From Hyaloraphidium curvatum SAG 235-1 (lineage: Eukaryota; Fungi; Monoblepharomycota): 64,000 nucleotides of DNA. The notes under the pieces were generated by a model. That model did no database searches, had not been told where the DNA came from, and saw only the letters and a list, made by a program, of their open reading frames with translations. The stretch lies in assembly GCA_025558095.1 (NCBI GenBank), contig JAIVFI010000041.1, forward strand, positions 248,001-312,000. Direction: 5' to 3'. A program made the position numbers and the translations under genes. This document shows, piece after piece, positions 35,947-46,920 of the stretch (its first letter is position 1; each line of letters starts with the position of its first letter).

Positions 35947-36214
35947 GTCGTCTCCAGTGTTTCTTGTTTGGGGCCCGCGGACCGTCACCGCCCGCAGGGT
36001 CCGACCGGCCGACAATCACGGGCTTGCAAGCTTGGTCGGCAGACGCCATCTAGCAGCAATCGGACCACTGCGAGCACTGCGAGCAATCACGCGATTGACA
36101 GCCCGAAACTGAACGGATCCTTGTCTGGGACGCCCACGCGGACACGGACGGACCGACGCCCCGCACGCATCTCGACATCGAAGATTCTCTTGCCCTGTAC
36201 AACCCCCCCGCCAT

Positions 36215-37207
36215 CTACTTGTCGTCCCCGCCGCCCTTGCCAATGAGCAGCTTCTTGGACCCGCGCAGCAGACCCGTCCGCCTGGCGGCGATGAGGCCGA
36301 CCTTCTGGCCGGGCGGGGCGTACCGCGAGACGGTGGTGGCGTGGCCGACGTGCTGGTGGTTACCACCACCTGGAAGGGCGGAGGTGAGGAACGGAGGGGC
36401 GAGTGGAGGGGGGGGAGGGACGTACCGTGCGGGTGGTCCACGGGGTTCATGGCGACACCGCGGGTGCGGGGCCAGCAGTTGCGCTTCGCCTTGAACTTGT
36501 GGTACGCGCGGCCGGCCTGAAACACGCGGGGCGTGAGCACACGGTCGCAACATGCACTTGCACGCGCAACGCACCTTCAGCATGGGCTTGTCTATCCTGC
36601 CGCCGCCGGCGACGATGCCGATCTGCGCCCTGCACCCGTCCTCCAGGGCCTTCTTGGCGCCCGAGGGGAGCTTGATCCGGGTGATCCCCGACTCGGGAAC
36701 CTGGCCGATGATGGTGGCGTAGTTGCCCGACGCGCGCGCGAGCGTGCCGCGGTCCCCGATCTTCTCCTCGACGTTGCAGATGATGGTCCCCTCGGGCATC
36801 GAGCCCACGGGGAGCGTGTTGCCGATGGCCAGCGAGGCCTTCTTGCCCGCGTAGACGAACTGGCCCGTGAACATGCCCTCGGTGGCAATGACGGTCTCGG
36901 TCCTCAGCTTGTACTTGTACGGGTCGCGGTAGACGATGCGGGCCAGGGGGGCGCCGCGGCCGGGGTCGTGGATGATCTCCTTGACCAGCCCGCGGACGTA
37001 GCCATTCCTGAAGGCGTGCAGATGCGGGGTGCAGGACAGCGCATGCCGGGCGGGGAGCGTCAGGCACCGTTCCCAACCCTCCCCTCGCCGCACCCACCGC
37101 TCGGCGTAGTCAAGCGCCCGGAGCTTTGCGGCCCCCTTGCGGTGCTTGACGTGGGCCTTGAAGATGCCGCCGGGACCTTTGCGCTGGACGCGGATGACGC
37201 GACCCAT
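36215..37207 (-). CDS. RPL2: 60S ribosomal protein uL2 (L2/L8), 4 exons
   Basis: Motifs [50 protein letters not shown] and GLIAARRTG. Confidence 0.98.
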   Translation of the reverse strand: MGRVIRVQRKGPGGIFKAHVKHRKGAAKLRALDYAERWVRRGEGWERCLTLPARHALSCTPHLHAFRNGYVRGLVKEIIHDPGRGAPLARIVYRDPYKYKLRTETVIATEGMFTGQFVYAGKKASLAIGNTLPVGSMPEGTIICNVEEKIGDRGTLARASGNYATIIGQVPESGITRIKLPSGAKKALEDGCRAQIGIVAGGGRIDKPMLKVRCACKCMLRPCAHAPRVSGRPRVPQVQGEAQLLAPHPRCRHEPRGPPARYVPPPPPLAPPFLTSALPGGGNHQHVGHATTVSRYAPPGQKVGLIAARRTGLLRGSKKLLIGKGGGDDK

Positions 37208-37760
37208 GGCTGCTCGGGGCGACGGAGCCCGGTTAGAATCCGGCTTGAACACGGAAACGGGGCCACCGGAGATCCAAGAGGGAGGGCCGAGAGCGCCAGG
37301 GCGGATGAGCGCGCCGCGGGGGCCGGCACCGTTGGCACGGGTGGGGCACTCGTCGGCCTTCCTCGCCCGCCCTCCGCACGTCCGGCCGCCGCACGACCCG
37401 TGCGGCACGCCGGCAGAGCAGCCGCCCGCCGCGCCCGATGGGTCGCGAGCCCGCCGTGTGCCTCAGGCCGCCGACACCGCGCCCGACGCCCGGCAGCTGC
37501 CCCGCTCCAACCCGCCCTCCGCCCTCCCGCGCGGCCCGCCGCCGCCCTCTCCGACGGGCTGATGCCGTCCGCTGTCCTCCCGGCCGCTCGCAAGCACTCC
37601 CGGCCGCGGACACTGACCTCCGGCTGAACTGTGGTGGTCGGTTGGGCAGGCGCTCGATTTGCGATCGGAGCTAATACCCAATTCTAACCCAGGCCTAACC
37701 TAGCAGCTCCCACTGTCGCACAAACGCCTCTAATCTATCGGCCATAACACAACCACGGAA

Positions 37761-38668
37761 TCACAGCGTGCTCTTCTCCTTCTTCCCGCGCACCAGATCG
37801 TCCCTCTTGGGCGCGCGCTTCCCGTACCGCGCCTCCCGCTGCTGCTCCTTCAGATTGATCCAAACCCCCTCGGCCTCGATCACCGGCTTGGCCGCGCCCT
37901 CGACGTGCACGCTGCCCGCCATGTGCATCTTGCGGCCCTCCTGCCGGACGCACCGGGATCTGATCAGGATGACGGAGGGGAGGGGGATCGGGCCGAGGTA
38001 CTTGAGGCTGAGGGTGCCGGTCATGCTGGGGGTGGCGTTGGAGATGCGGTAGGCGGTGACGCCGAGCGCGTCGTCCAAGAGGGTGGCCGTGAACCCGCCT
38101 GGTCATCCGGTTGTCAGCGTGCCCCTCCGGAGCGACGGCCGGGCGGTCCCACCGTGAAGCACCTCGTGGTGCCCCCCAAGCTTCCTCCCAACCCTCACGA
38201 CGGTGAGCATCTCGCTCCTCTCCTCCTCCGTTTTGCAGGCCTCGGGTTTCCGCGCCCAGGTGGTCCACCGCGTCAGCTTGTCCGGGCCGAACGCCGTCTC
38301 GAAGACCATGGTGCCCGACAGGTCCGTGGGCTTGAACGCCGGCGCGACGGGGTAGTAGCAGTCTGTCCAACACGACGACCGGCGACGCCGGGGTACCGTC
38401 AGCCCCGTCTCCGGCCGCGCAGGGAGCTCCGCGTCCCACCGTAGACGAGCTCCATCCCCGGGTCCTCGTTGATCCTCCGCACCCAATCCCGGTCCAGTAT
38501 CCGCGACACCTCGGGCAGCCAGTCGTCCCGCGTTATCGGCTGCGGGAGCGGGCGGTCGTACAGGAGCTGCACGCCCACGATGCGGAAGGGCGTGCGCTGC
38601 TCGGGGTAGTTGGGGTCGGCGGGCGGTGGGGGGGCGAGGGCGGAAGAAGAGGAGCCGTCGGACGACAT
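37761..38668 (-). CDS. Hotdog-fold thioesterase (THEM4-like), 3 exons
   Basis: Motifs LGGHHEVLHGG|FTATLLDDALG, MTGTLSLKY and QEGRKMHM. Confidence 0.8.
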
Positions 38669-38980
38669 CGTCGTTCAATAAAGACGGAAAGATGTCCTAT
38701 AGGAGCCGCGAGAAGGTGGCCTTCGCCGGGTCGAGGCGGGTCGGCTATTGGCGCGGGCCGACGCGGGTCAACCGCGCCGATCCCTGGCTCCACCGACTTC
38801 CTGCCCCGCGGTCCCCGAAATCCGCCCATTTTCCGCCGCGGAACCGCTTCTCGTTCCGTCTGTTTTCGCTTGCCCGGCCATCGCCGGGATTCGGCTCCAC
38901 GCACGCGGTAACCAGACCTCGACTTGCGCGCCAACCTCCGTGCCATTCCATTGGCCGCGACGGCCCCGACGCCCTCCGAA

Positions 38981-40008
38981 ATGGCCGCCCCGAAACCCAC
39001 CTCCCACTTCACCCTCAACACGGGCGCCCGGATCCCCAGCGTCGGGCTGGGCACGTGGCAATCCGCCCCCGGCGAAGTCGCGGCGGCCGTCGAAGCCGCG
39101 ATCCGCTGCGGGTACCGGCACGTCGATTGCGCGTTCGCCTACCGCAACGAGAGCGAGGTCGGCCGCGGGATCAAGGCTTCCGGAATAAAGAGGGACGAGC
39201 TGTTTGTGACCACGAAGCTCTGGTGCACCTGGCACACCCGCGTCGAGGCGTGCCTCGACGCTTCTTTGGCTGCGTTGGGCCTGGACCACGTGGATCTCTA
39301 CCTGATGCACTGGCCCGTGCCCCTGAACCCCAACGGGTCCGATCCGTACTTCCCGATGAGGCCGGACGGGAGCCGCGACCGGCTGGAGGACTGGGACTTT
39401 GTGAAGACGTGGAAGTCGATGGAGAAGCTGCTCGCGACGGGCAAAGTGAAGGCCATCGGCGTGAGCAACTTCAGCACCGTGAGCCTGGACGTTTTGCTCA
39501 AGGAGGCCACGGTCGTACCGGCCGTGAACCAGGTCCGTTGCCATCAGCGACGGAAGCCGCGCTCCCTGATCCGGAAGCTCCTTTCAGGTCGAGCTCCACC
39601 CGTACCTCCCGCAGGAGAAGCTCAAGGCCTATTGCGACGCCAAGGGGATCCACCTCTCGGCGTACTCGCCCCTGGGGTCGACCAACAGCCCGCTGCAGAA
39701 CGACCCGGTGATCAAAGGCGTTGCCGAGAAGCTGGGCAGGACGGTGCCGCAGGTGCTCCTTAGTTGGGGCGTCCAGAAGGTGGGATCCGGTTGTTCGCTG
39801 CGCCGTTGGGTGATCTGACGGCGGCGCGGTGCAGGGATGGTCCGTGCTGCCCAAGTCGGTCACGCCGTCGCGTATCGAGGCCAACTTCGACATCGCGGTC
39901 CTGCCCGAGGAGGATTTCGAGGCCATCAGCGCGATCAAGACCCGCCGGCGGTTCATCAAGCCCAATTGGGGCGTGCCGGTGTTCCAGGACGATGACTGGG
40001 AGCAGTGA
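38981..40008 (+). CDS. Aldo-keto reductase (Gcy1/Ypr1/glycerol dehydrogenase-like)
   Basis: Motifs GLGTWQ, YRHVDCAFAY, TTKLW, DLYLMHWP, AIGVSNF, NQ|VELHP and LPKS. Introns at about 39533-39588 and 39780-39834. Confidence 0.95.
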
Positions 40009-40230
40009 TGAACTGTACAAACTCCTCGGCACAGACCGATTCCTAGACTCGATAGAGACAACTGAGTCCGGCGTCTTGTTACAGAACCTTGTCCTGAATA
40101 TGAAACTGCCTCGAGAGCGTGCAATCGGCAGCGTGCAAAGTGCTTTTGCTCGGCTTTTCGCCGACCGCGATGACTGGCCCCTGAACAAACTTTGCTGGGT
40201 CTTCTCCGCCTCGACCTCCGCGCACCTACG

Positions 40231-41434
40231 ATGGCCTCGCAGTGGAACAAGTTCGATGCTGACGCTGTCATTACCGTCGCGACGTCCCGCGCCGAATATG
40301 CCCGTACCGTGCTCGAGGGTTTCTTGGAGGAGGGCCGGGCGGCCGGAGCAGGCGCAGACTACGCGAACCTTCGGGAGTGGCAGAAAAGGGCCAGCGTCGC
40401 CGTGAACGGCGTTGCCGTCATTGCCTTGAAGCTCACGGGGGCCTTCAAGATCGCGCCGTGGAGCGGCAACGTCGTCACGGCCCCGATGACCGCATTCACT
40501 CGCGAGGAAGTGCAGCTCTTCTTCTCCGGTCTCTCTGCCGTTCCGAGCGCGCCGGCACCGAAGGATCTCGCGATGCGCACTGAAGGCTCTGTTTCCGATC
40601 GTGTTCCCTATTCTCAAGCTCGCGCTCGCGCCCTACGACCCTGCGTACATGGCCGCATGGCACTTCAACTACCCAACGCTGTCCTTCGACAAGGCAACCA
40701 TGACATTCGAGACGCATCGCAGCCGGGATCTGAGCGCCGCTGAACGGTTCACCCTGCGCCATAGCAGTCCGGGGGCCGACGGGCTCACCGGCATCATCGG
40801 CTTGGCGACCTTCTGCCAGCCTCTGGCGGACCGGACAGCCGATGACGTGGAGCTGCTGGAATCGCTCGTTCGGTTCAGTGCGTCGACGAAGGAGCTCGTA
40901 GCGCTGCTCAACACGCCCGATTGGCCGACACGAGCGAGCGAACAGACTTTGTACTAGGCTGCTTTCTCCACCGGCGCCTTCGTGGCGATCTCGACCTTCT
41001 TTGCCATCAGACCGAGCCGCTGGCGAAAGCGCCGTCAAGAAGCGAACGCCGACCCTACAGAGAATCCGATCGTGCACGTTGCTCGAAGCATACAAAGCCT
41101 GTTCGGCGCAACACGCGTTTCTGGTCTCACGGATCTGCCGATGATATCCAACCAAGTGCTCACCTCGAGCACTACCATCCTCGAGCTCGCAGGTCCTAGC
41201 ACTGACGATTTCATGATGAAGAGGGTCATCGCCGAGTTTCGGGGCCAGGTTAGTGATCTGCAAGTTCTCCGCGGAGACGACAAGTGCGACTGGTGCGAGG
41301 CGCCGGGCAAGAAGGGTGCTCCTCTCAAGCGTTGCGGGCGCTGCAAGGTCGCGAGGTACTGCTCCTCGTATTGCCAGAAGGCTGCATGGGCGGTGCACAA
41401 GAAGAACTGCTCGGGTGGGCCGCAGACCAGCTAG
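40231..41434 (+). pseudogene. MYND zinc-finger protein, disrupted (frameshift near 40578, in-frame TAG 40955-40957)
   Basis: C-terminal MYND reads CDWC...LKRCGRCKVARYCSSYCQKAAWAVHKKNC. ORFs 40601 and 40982 are in the same frame, separated only by TLY*AAF. The N-terminal ORF is in a different frame with no obvious intron. Confidence 0.7.
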
Positions 41435-41571
41435 GGACGGTCGCGGACCGAGGACAGCGATGACAGGAATACGGACGAATGGCAGAGCAACTTTCGCGCA
41501 TCTCGTCCGATTCGGCCCAAACATGCATGAGAGAGCTAAAACTATGCTTTTGTCAGGCAAAGCTGGCGGCA

Positions 41572-43914
41572 TCACCAATCCCCCTGCGAATCCGAGTCCG
41601 AGTCCGAGTCCGACGCCGGCTCACCCCCTCGCATGGACAGCATCGCCGCCAGCGAGAAGCTCGCCGGCACGCCCAGATCCTGCGCAGCGACCTCCAGCTC
41701 CGGGTCGTCCGGCGCCCTCGCCGATCTCGCTGGATACTCGTCCGCCGAGTAGGTGGGTATGATCTCGAGCTCGGGGTGGAACCGCACCTGCTTCTTGGCC
41801 CCGGGCTTGCCCGGCAGCGCACTTGCGTTGCCGGCGATCCACGACGCCGTCCGCGTGACGCTAAGGAAGGAGCTCCCGTCGCCTTCCTCTCCCTCGCTGT
41901 CCGTGTCCTCCTCCGAGTCCTCGGGTACCGCCGCGATTAGCGATCCCGATCCCGCGCTCCCCTCCGTGCTTCCCGCCTTCCTCCTCGACCGCTTCTCCGC
42001 GCACGTCCAGCACGATCCCGCGACGGGGCCCCCTCCGTGGCCGTGCCTGCACGTCCTGATCGCCCGCTTGGCCAGCCCGATCATCTGCGCGTCCCGCCGG
42101 GAAAGCCGGAGCTCCTGCCCGTCCAGCAGGCCCTGCAGGAGGGCCCAGACGGGCTCGGTCTCGGGACGGTCCGAGGCCCTGAGGAGCTCCAGGCACGTCC
42201 GCGCATCCTTCTCCAGCGCCTCGTGCAGGCCGTATGCATGAGCCCACTCTGCTTCCCAAGCCGACGCAAAGACGGCCGAGAAACGTCGTAGCACGAGCAC
42301 CGAGAACCAGGCGGCGAAGCTGGCGGGGCGCTCGAAATACTCGTTGAAGATGTTGCCAGCCAGCAGAGGCCGGAAGTCGCGGAGGACGATCCGCGCCAGG
42401 GCTGCGAGGGAGAGCGCGGTGCGGCAGGCTTCGGGGAAGGCCGAGGTGGACATCCACACGGTGATGCGGCGCTCCCTCCGCGAGGAGGGGGATGCGTCCA
42501 GGTCACCTGAGGACCCGGGGATGGCACCGCTACCTGCCATCCGGAAGGTGCCGGAGCCGCTATTCCGCCTCGCCTTGGGCTCCGCGAAATCCGGCGAGAC
42601 GAGCTGCATCCCGAGGCGCTTCGCGGTTGCCACCAGGCCGAGGAGAAGTAGCGCAAAGTCGGGAGGGAAATCGTCGGGGAAAAGCAACCGGGAATCCTCC
42701 GCCGTCCAGAGCTCGAAGTTGGCGTCCCGGAGCGCCGGGGCGAGGCTCGCGAGGACGACGGCGACGGCCCCGCGGAGGTGGCGCCATCGCCGGAGTGAAT
42801 CCGCCATCGCCGGGTTTGCGAGCGCGATAGCCAGGTCCCCGTCCGGCTCCGCATCCGGGTGCAGCTTTTCGTGGTCGTCCGCCAGCGCGAGGTCGACGAC
42901 GTCCAGGCCGGCGGCATCCAGGTCCCCCGAGAGACGCTTCCAATGGAGCTCGAGGAAGCGCGACATGAGGTTCAGGGGAAACAGGCCCACTTCCACCGGG
43001 TTGCCCAGCATGGCCCGAAGGACGTGCCGCAGCAGCGGGCTGTCGAGCTCCAAAGCCTCCTGGTCGGGATCCAGCCATCCGAAGGCGTCGACGACCGAGA
43101 ATCCCGACATCACGCTCCACAGATCCCCGGGGACGAGCGCATCCCTCGACCGCCGGGAAGGCGGGGGCAGCCTCGCGACGCGGAGCAGTGGCGCTCGCAT
43201 CCTCAGGTCGGGGTACTCCTTGGCCAAATCCACGCTCACAGGAAGCCCATCCACGCACGCGCAGCCAATTTCAAGGTGCACGAGGGCGTAAGCCACGTCC
43301 ACCCAGTGCTCCATGATGAGCCAGTCGTCCACCCCGCGGGGGAGGGCGGCCGAAACGAAGCATTCGCGGGGGAGCCCCGTCCTGCGGAGGATGGCCACGG
43401 CATGGCCCAGGAGTTTGCGTGCGTAGGTGAGCGCGCCGAACTGGAGCTGGACGGCTCCGGCGGCCACGATCAGGGCGTACAGGAGCGCGAGGGTGCGGAG
43501 GTTGCGGGGGCTGCCCTTGTCTTGTGGCGGCGAAGCGCCCTCGGGCGACACTTCCCAAGTTACCCAAAAGAAGCAGATCTCGCGTTCGAGCACGGCCTTG
43601 AACCGCGCGTCGCACTGCGCCACGACGGCGGGGAGGTCCATCGCTCCCAGCCACGACATGTTACCCGCCCCCCCGCGTGCCGCATTCCACTGCGACGACC
43701 GCGCACCGCACCACTCGAGCGTGGCGGCAAAAACTTCCGCGTGGTAGAGCTGCGGCCATCGGGGATCGCCGGCGTAGTCCGGCAGGGCGCATTCGGTGAC
43801 AGTCCCCCGGTGAAGGACGAGCGCCGTGTCGGGCAGAGCCGCGAAGAAGACGTCGACCAGCGCGGCGGCAACGTGGCCCGGCGGGGCTGGCGGAATCTCC
43901 GACGGGCCCGCCAT
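41572..43914 (-). CDS. Large helical protein resembling a fungal TF middle-homology region, with C-terminal PP1-docking motif
   Basis: Starts ALVDVFF..LP...LVLHRGT, similar to a Fungal_trans start, but has no Zn cluster. Ends with KKQVRFHPELEIIPTYSADEYPAR. Intronless ORF; the start codon is uncertain. Confidence 0.65.
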   Translation of the reverse strand: MAGPSEIPPAPPGHVAAALVDVFFAALPDTALVLHRGTVTECALPDYAGDPRWPQLYHAEVFAATLEWCGARSSQWNAARGGAGNMSWLGAMDLPAVVAQCDARFKAVLEREICFFWVTWEVSPEGASPPQDKGSPRNLRTLALLYALIVAAGAVQLQFGALTYARKLLGHAVAILRRTGLPRECFVSAALPRGVDDWLIMEHWVDVAYALVHLEIGCACVDGLPVSVDLAKEYPDLRMRAPLLRVARLPPPSRRSRDALVPGDLWSVMSGFSVVDAFGWLDPDQEALELDSPLLRHVLRAMLGNPVEVGLFPLNLMSRFLELHWKRLSGDLDAAGLDVVDLALADDHEKLHPDAEPDGDLAIALANPAMADSLRRWRHLRGAVAVVLASLAPALRDANFELWTAEDSRLLFPDDFPPDFALLLLGLVATAKRLGMQLVSPDFAEPKARRNSGSGTFRMAGSGAIPGSSGDLDASPSSRRERRITVWMSTSAFPEACRTALSLAALARIVLRDFRPLLAGNIFNEYFERPASFAAWFSVLVLRRFSAVFASAWEAEWAHAYGLHEALEKDARTCLELLRASDRPETEPVWALLQGLLDGQELRLSRRDAQMIGLAKRAIRTCRHGHGGGPVAGSCWTCAEKRSRRKAGSTEGSAGSGSLIAAVPEDSEEDTDSEGEEGDGSSFLSVTRTASWIAGNASALPGKPGAKKQVRFHPELEIIPTYSADEYPARSARAPDDPELEVAAQDLGVPASFSLAAMLSMRGGEPASDSDSDSDSQGDW

Positions 43915-44332
43915 GTCGCTGCCGGTGCTCGCGGCGTTATCCTGAATCCTGCGGTGACCGCAGGAAGGACTAAGCCCTCGATCCCCCAACCGGGATCCCA
44001 TCGCCCCAAGGACTTTCCACAGACCGTCCCTCATTGATATGGATCCGCAATCGAGATTGTAGAGCGCATCATTGCGCCGCGGCAATGCTGATCAACCAAA
44101 CTTGCGATCCCTCGGACCGTGGGCATCCGGTCCACTCCATCGCTCGCCCACGAATCACCTCGTCGGTGCCTAATGGACAACGGACACTGGATGATCTTGT
44201 GTCTTAACGGGCTCGACTGCTGACTGCTATCGAAGGAAGGAGTCTGACCACGTGGTCTGTTGGGGGCATCGCGTCCAGCGTGGCCGAACCCCGAACTTCC
44301 GCCCGAGCGATGTACCTTCGGCGGCGCCAGAA

Positions 44333-45145
44333 ATGACTCCCGCCGCGCTCCAGACCGTCCTCCTCCTTCTCCTCCACCTCTCTGTGCTTTCGCCCCGCGC
44401 CTCTGCGGTCCCGCTCCCCCGCGCCGAGAAGGCGTTCACCTCTGCTCTCGCGTGGCTCTCGGCGCAGCCTTCCCTCGCCATCGATACGCTTTTCCAGCTC
44501 CGTCTCGTCGAGGGAGCGCTCCCAGGAACGCCTTCCGCCCGCGCCGCCGCCGCTCTGGTCGCTGCTGGCGCCCCCACGACCGCCGGCACTGACCCGACCT
44601 ACGAACGATTTGCCGCGCTGGCGGCCGCCGCCATCCCGCCGCACGCGCCGCGGCATCTCCCCTCTCCGGCAGCCTGGACTCCGGACCCGGCGGACGAGTT
44701 CGACGAGGATGTTTCCGACAACTGCCTCGCCGGAGCCCTGGGGTGTTCTTGGGCCCCGGGTTGCCAAAAGTTTCAGCTCGAGGACGGACGGGGAGGCTAT
44801 CGGCTCACGCACCAGGTCCTATTCGCCCTGTTCGTCGAGCGGGCCGGGTGCGGGAACGCGATGGGCGTTGATCCTGGCGGGCTGCTGCGACGGTTCGCGC
44901 CTGCGATGCTCGCCGAGGCCGAGTCGGACGCCGAGTTCAGCGACCTATTCGCCGAGAGGATCACGTTGGGATTGATGGCGGGGTTCCGTGGATTTCTGCG
45001 GCGGGAGTGGGTGGCCGAGACGTTGAAGAAGCAGGAAGCTGCGGGATGCTGGCGGCCGGACGCCGGGGAGGAATGCACCGATCATGCCACGGGCATGGCT
45101 GCGGTGGTATTGGCCTATTGGATTGCAGAAAGCGGCGGCGGATAG
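44333..45145 (+). CDS. Secreted UPF0764/C16orf89 (DUF4735)-like protein
   Basis: Signal peptide plus motifs SDNCL, GYRLTHQVLF....AGC, DLFAE, Q.AAGCW and HATGMA. Confidence 0.75.
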   Translation: MTPAALQTVLLLLLHLSVLSPRASAVPLPRAEKAFTSALAWLSAQPSLAIDTLFQLRLVEGALPGTPSARAAAALVAAGAPTTAGTDPTYERFAALAAAAIPPHAPRHLPSPAAWTPDPADEFDEDVSDNCLAGALGCSWAPGCQKFQLEDGRGGYRLTHQVLFALFVERAGCGNAMGVDPGGLLRRFAPAMLAEAESDAEFSDLFAERITLGLMAGFRGFLRREWVAETLKKQEAAGCWRPDAGEECTDHATGMAAVVLAYWIAESGGG

Positions 45146-45579
45146 CGTTCGGAGCTAACGAGGCATGAAGCACTTGCACTGCCGGAGCATTTGTGTCCAC
45201 ATCGCGATCGCAAGCAGTTTGCAAAGTGCTTGTACGTGCCCTGTGTCAACCTGGCCATCACCTCCAACAAACTGTTGGGCAGGATGAACCGCTCTCACGA
45301 GCGCAGTTAGGGACCGACGACGAGCCAGGGATGGCGCTTCAGACGAAACAGCAAGCATCTCCCGCATCACTCTTAGATCTTGTGACGCTTGAAACGCACA
45401 GCAATGCACCGAATCAGCCTGTCGCTGAGAGGCCTTCCTCCGTCCTGCCTGGCGGAGTTTTCGGCCTGCGCCGTTTGTTTACTCGGTGGTGGCGGCGCGA
45501 GGCTGCGTTCCCTTCCCATCGCTTTTCTCCTCCCCGGAACCCCCTCCTCCGCCCCACATCGCCGGCCCCGACCGCAAAT

Positions 45580-46920
45580 ATGAGCAAGCACAAGGCCAAC
45601 GCCAAGCCCGCGGCGGCTCCGGCCAAGCAGCAGCCCAAGAAGGACAAGAAGCCGGCCCCTCCCCCGGAGCCCGAGAGCGAGGGCTCCGAGGAGGAGTCCG
45701 AGCAGTCCGAGGACGACGCTCCGGTCGCCAAGGGCGTGAAGGCTGCCGTCGACGAGGTTGGTACCGGTTGCGGTGGCATCGCCCGGCCGGGGCGGGAGGA
45801 AACCGTGACTGATCCCCCGGCGTCCGCCATATCGCAGAGCGGGTCCGACAGCGGCTCGGAGGAAGCGTCCGGCTCGGACGACGATGCTGAGGAGGAGGAG
45901 GACGAGAAGCCGGCGCCCGCCGCCGCCAAGAAGGGCAAGCCCGCCGCGGCGCCGGCCAAGCCCGCCAAGAAGGCCCCCGCGAAGAAGGCCGAGTCGGACG
46001 AGGACGAAGATGAAGACGAGGAAGATGAGGATGATGAGGAGGAGGAGTCGGAGGAGGAGGAGAAGCCCGCGGCCGCGGCCGGCAAGAAGCGCAAGGCCGA
46101 CGCCGCCCCCGCCAAGCCCGCCAAGAAGGTCCAGCTCGACTCGGACGCCGAGGAGGAGGAGGGCGACGATAAAGATGAGGAGGAGGAGGAAGAGGCCGGC
46201 GAGGGCGACGAGACGCTCGAGTGCAAGGACTGCGGCGAGAGCTTCGTGTTCACCGCGGGCGAGAAGGCCTTCTTCGAGAGCAAGGGCTTCGACAACAAGG
46301 TGAGCATTGGTATTGAGATTTTGCAGGATTGGTGGATCCGCTCTGCTAGGATTTGGTCGCGGTCCGCAACCGTGACGGTCATTGATCGAGGATCAGTGGT
46401 CGTTGCGCCGTGATCTAGGGCTTCCAGTTTGCTCACTCTGTTCCTTTCCTTTGCTCTTCATCTCGCTCACATCCAGCCGACGCGCTGCAAGTCGTGCAAG
46501 GACGCCAAGAAGGCCAAGTTCAACGAGGGTGGACGCGGTGGCGCCCGTGGCGGGCGCGGCGGCCGCGGCGGCTTCACCCGCGGCGGGCGCGGCGGCTCGC
46601 CGGGCGGCGGCGGCGGCAATGTGTGCTACGCGTTCCAGAAGGGCGAGTGCACCCGTGGAGAGTGAGTTTTGTTTTGGCTTCTGGCGGCCGATTGTCAGAT
46701 TACTGATCTCGTCCCAATCACTTCCACCAGCTCGTGCCGCTTCTCCCACGAGGGCGGCGGCGGCGGCGGCGGCTTCAACTCCCGCGGACGTGGACGCGGC
46801 GGTGCCCGCGGCGGCCGTGGCGGGCGCGGCGCGGCGGGCGGCGGCGGCGGTGGTGTCTGCTACGCCTTCCAGAAGGGCGAGTGCACGCGCGGCGATTCGT
46901 GCCGCTTCTCGCACGCCTAG
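45580..46920 (+). CDS. Nucleolin-like acidic/Lys-rich protein with a CxxC-x-CxxC zinc ribbon, RGG boxes and two CCCH fingers
   Basis: Alternating acidic and KPAKK tracts, LECKDCGESFVFTAGEKAFFESKGFDNK|PTRCKSCK, RGG repeats and CYAFQKGECTRG(A/D)SCRFSH twice. Introns at about 45757-45837, 46300-46476 and the 46660-46730 region. Confidence 0.85.

Noticed and set aside
37670-37705. Telomere/telobox-like CTAACCC and CCTAACC words upstream of uL2
   Set aside because: Only two imperfect copies, about 470 bp from the ATG and within the 3' region of the neighbouring gene, so the evidence is too weak.
1748-40957. TAG reassignment or readthrough suggested by two in-frame TAGs in MYND genes
   Set aside because: TAG is the true stop of uL2, DUF866, the carotenoid oxygenase and other genes here, and both MYND genes also carry frameshifts, so pseudogenisation is the simpler explanation.
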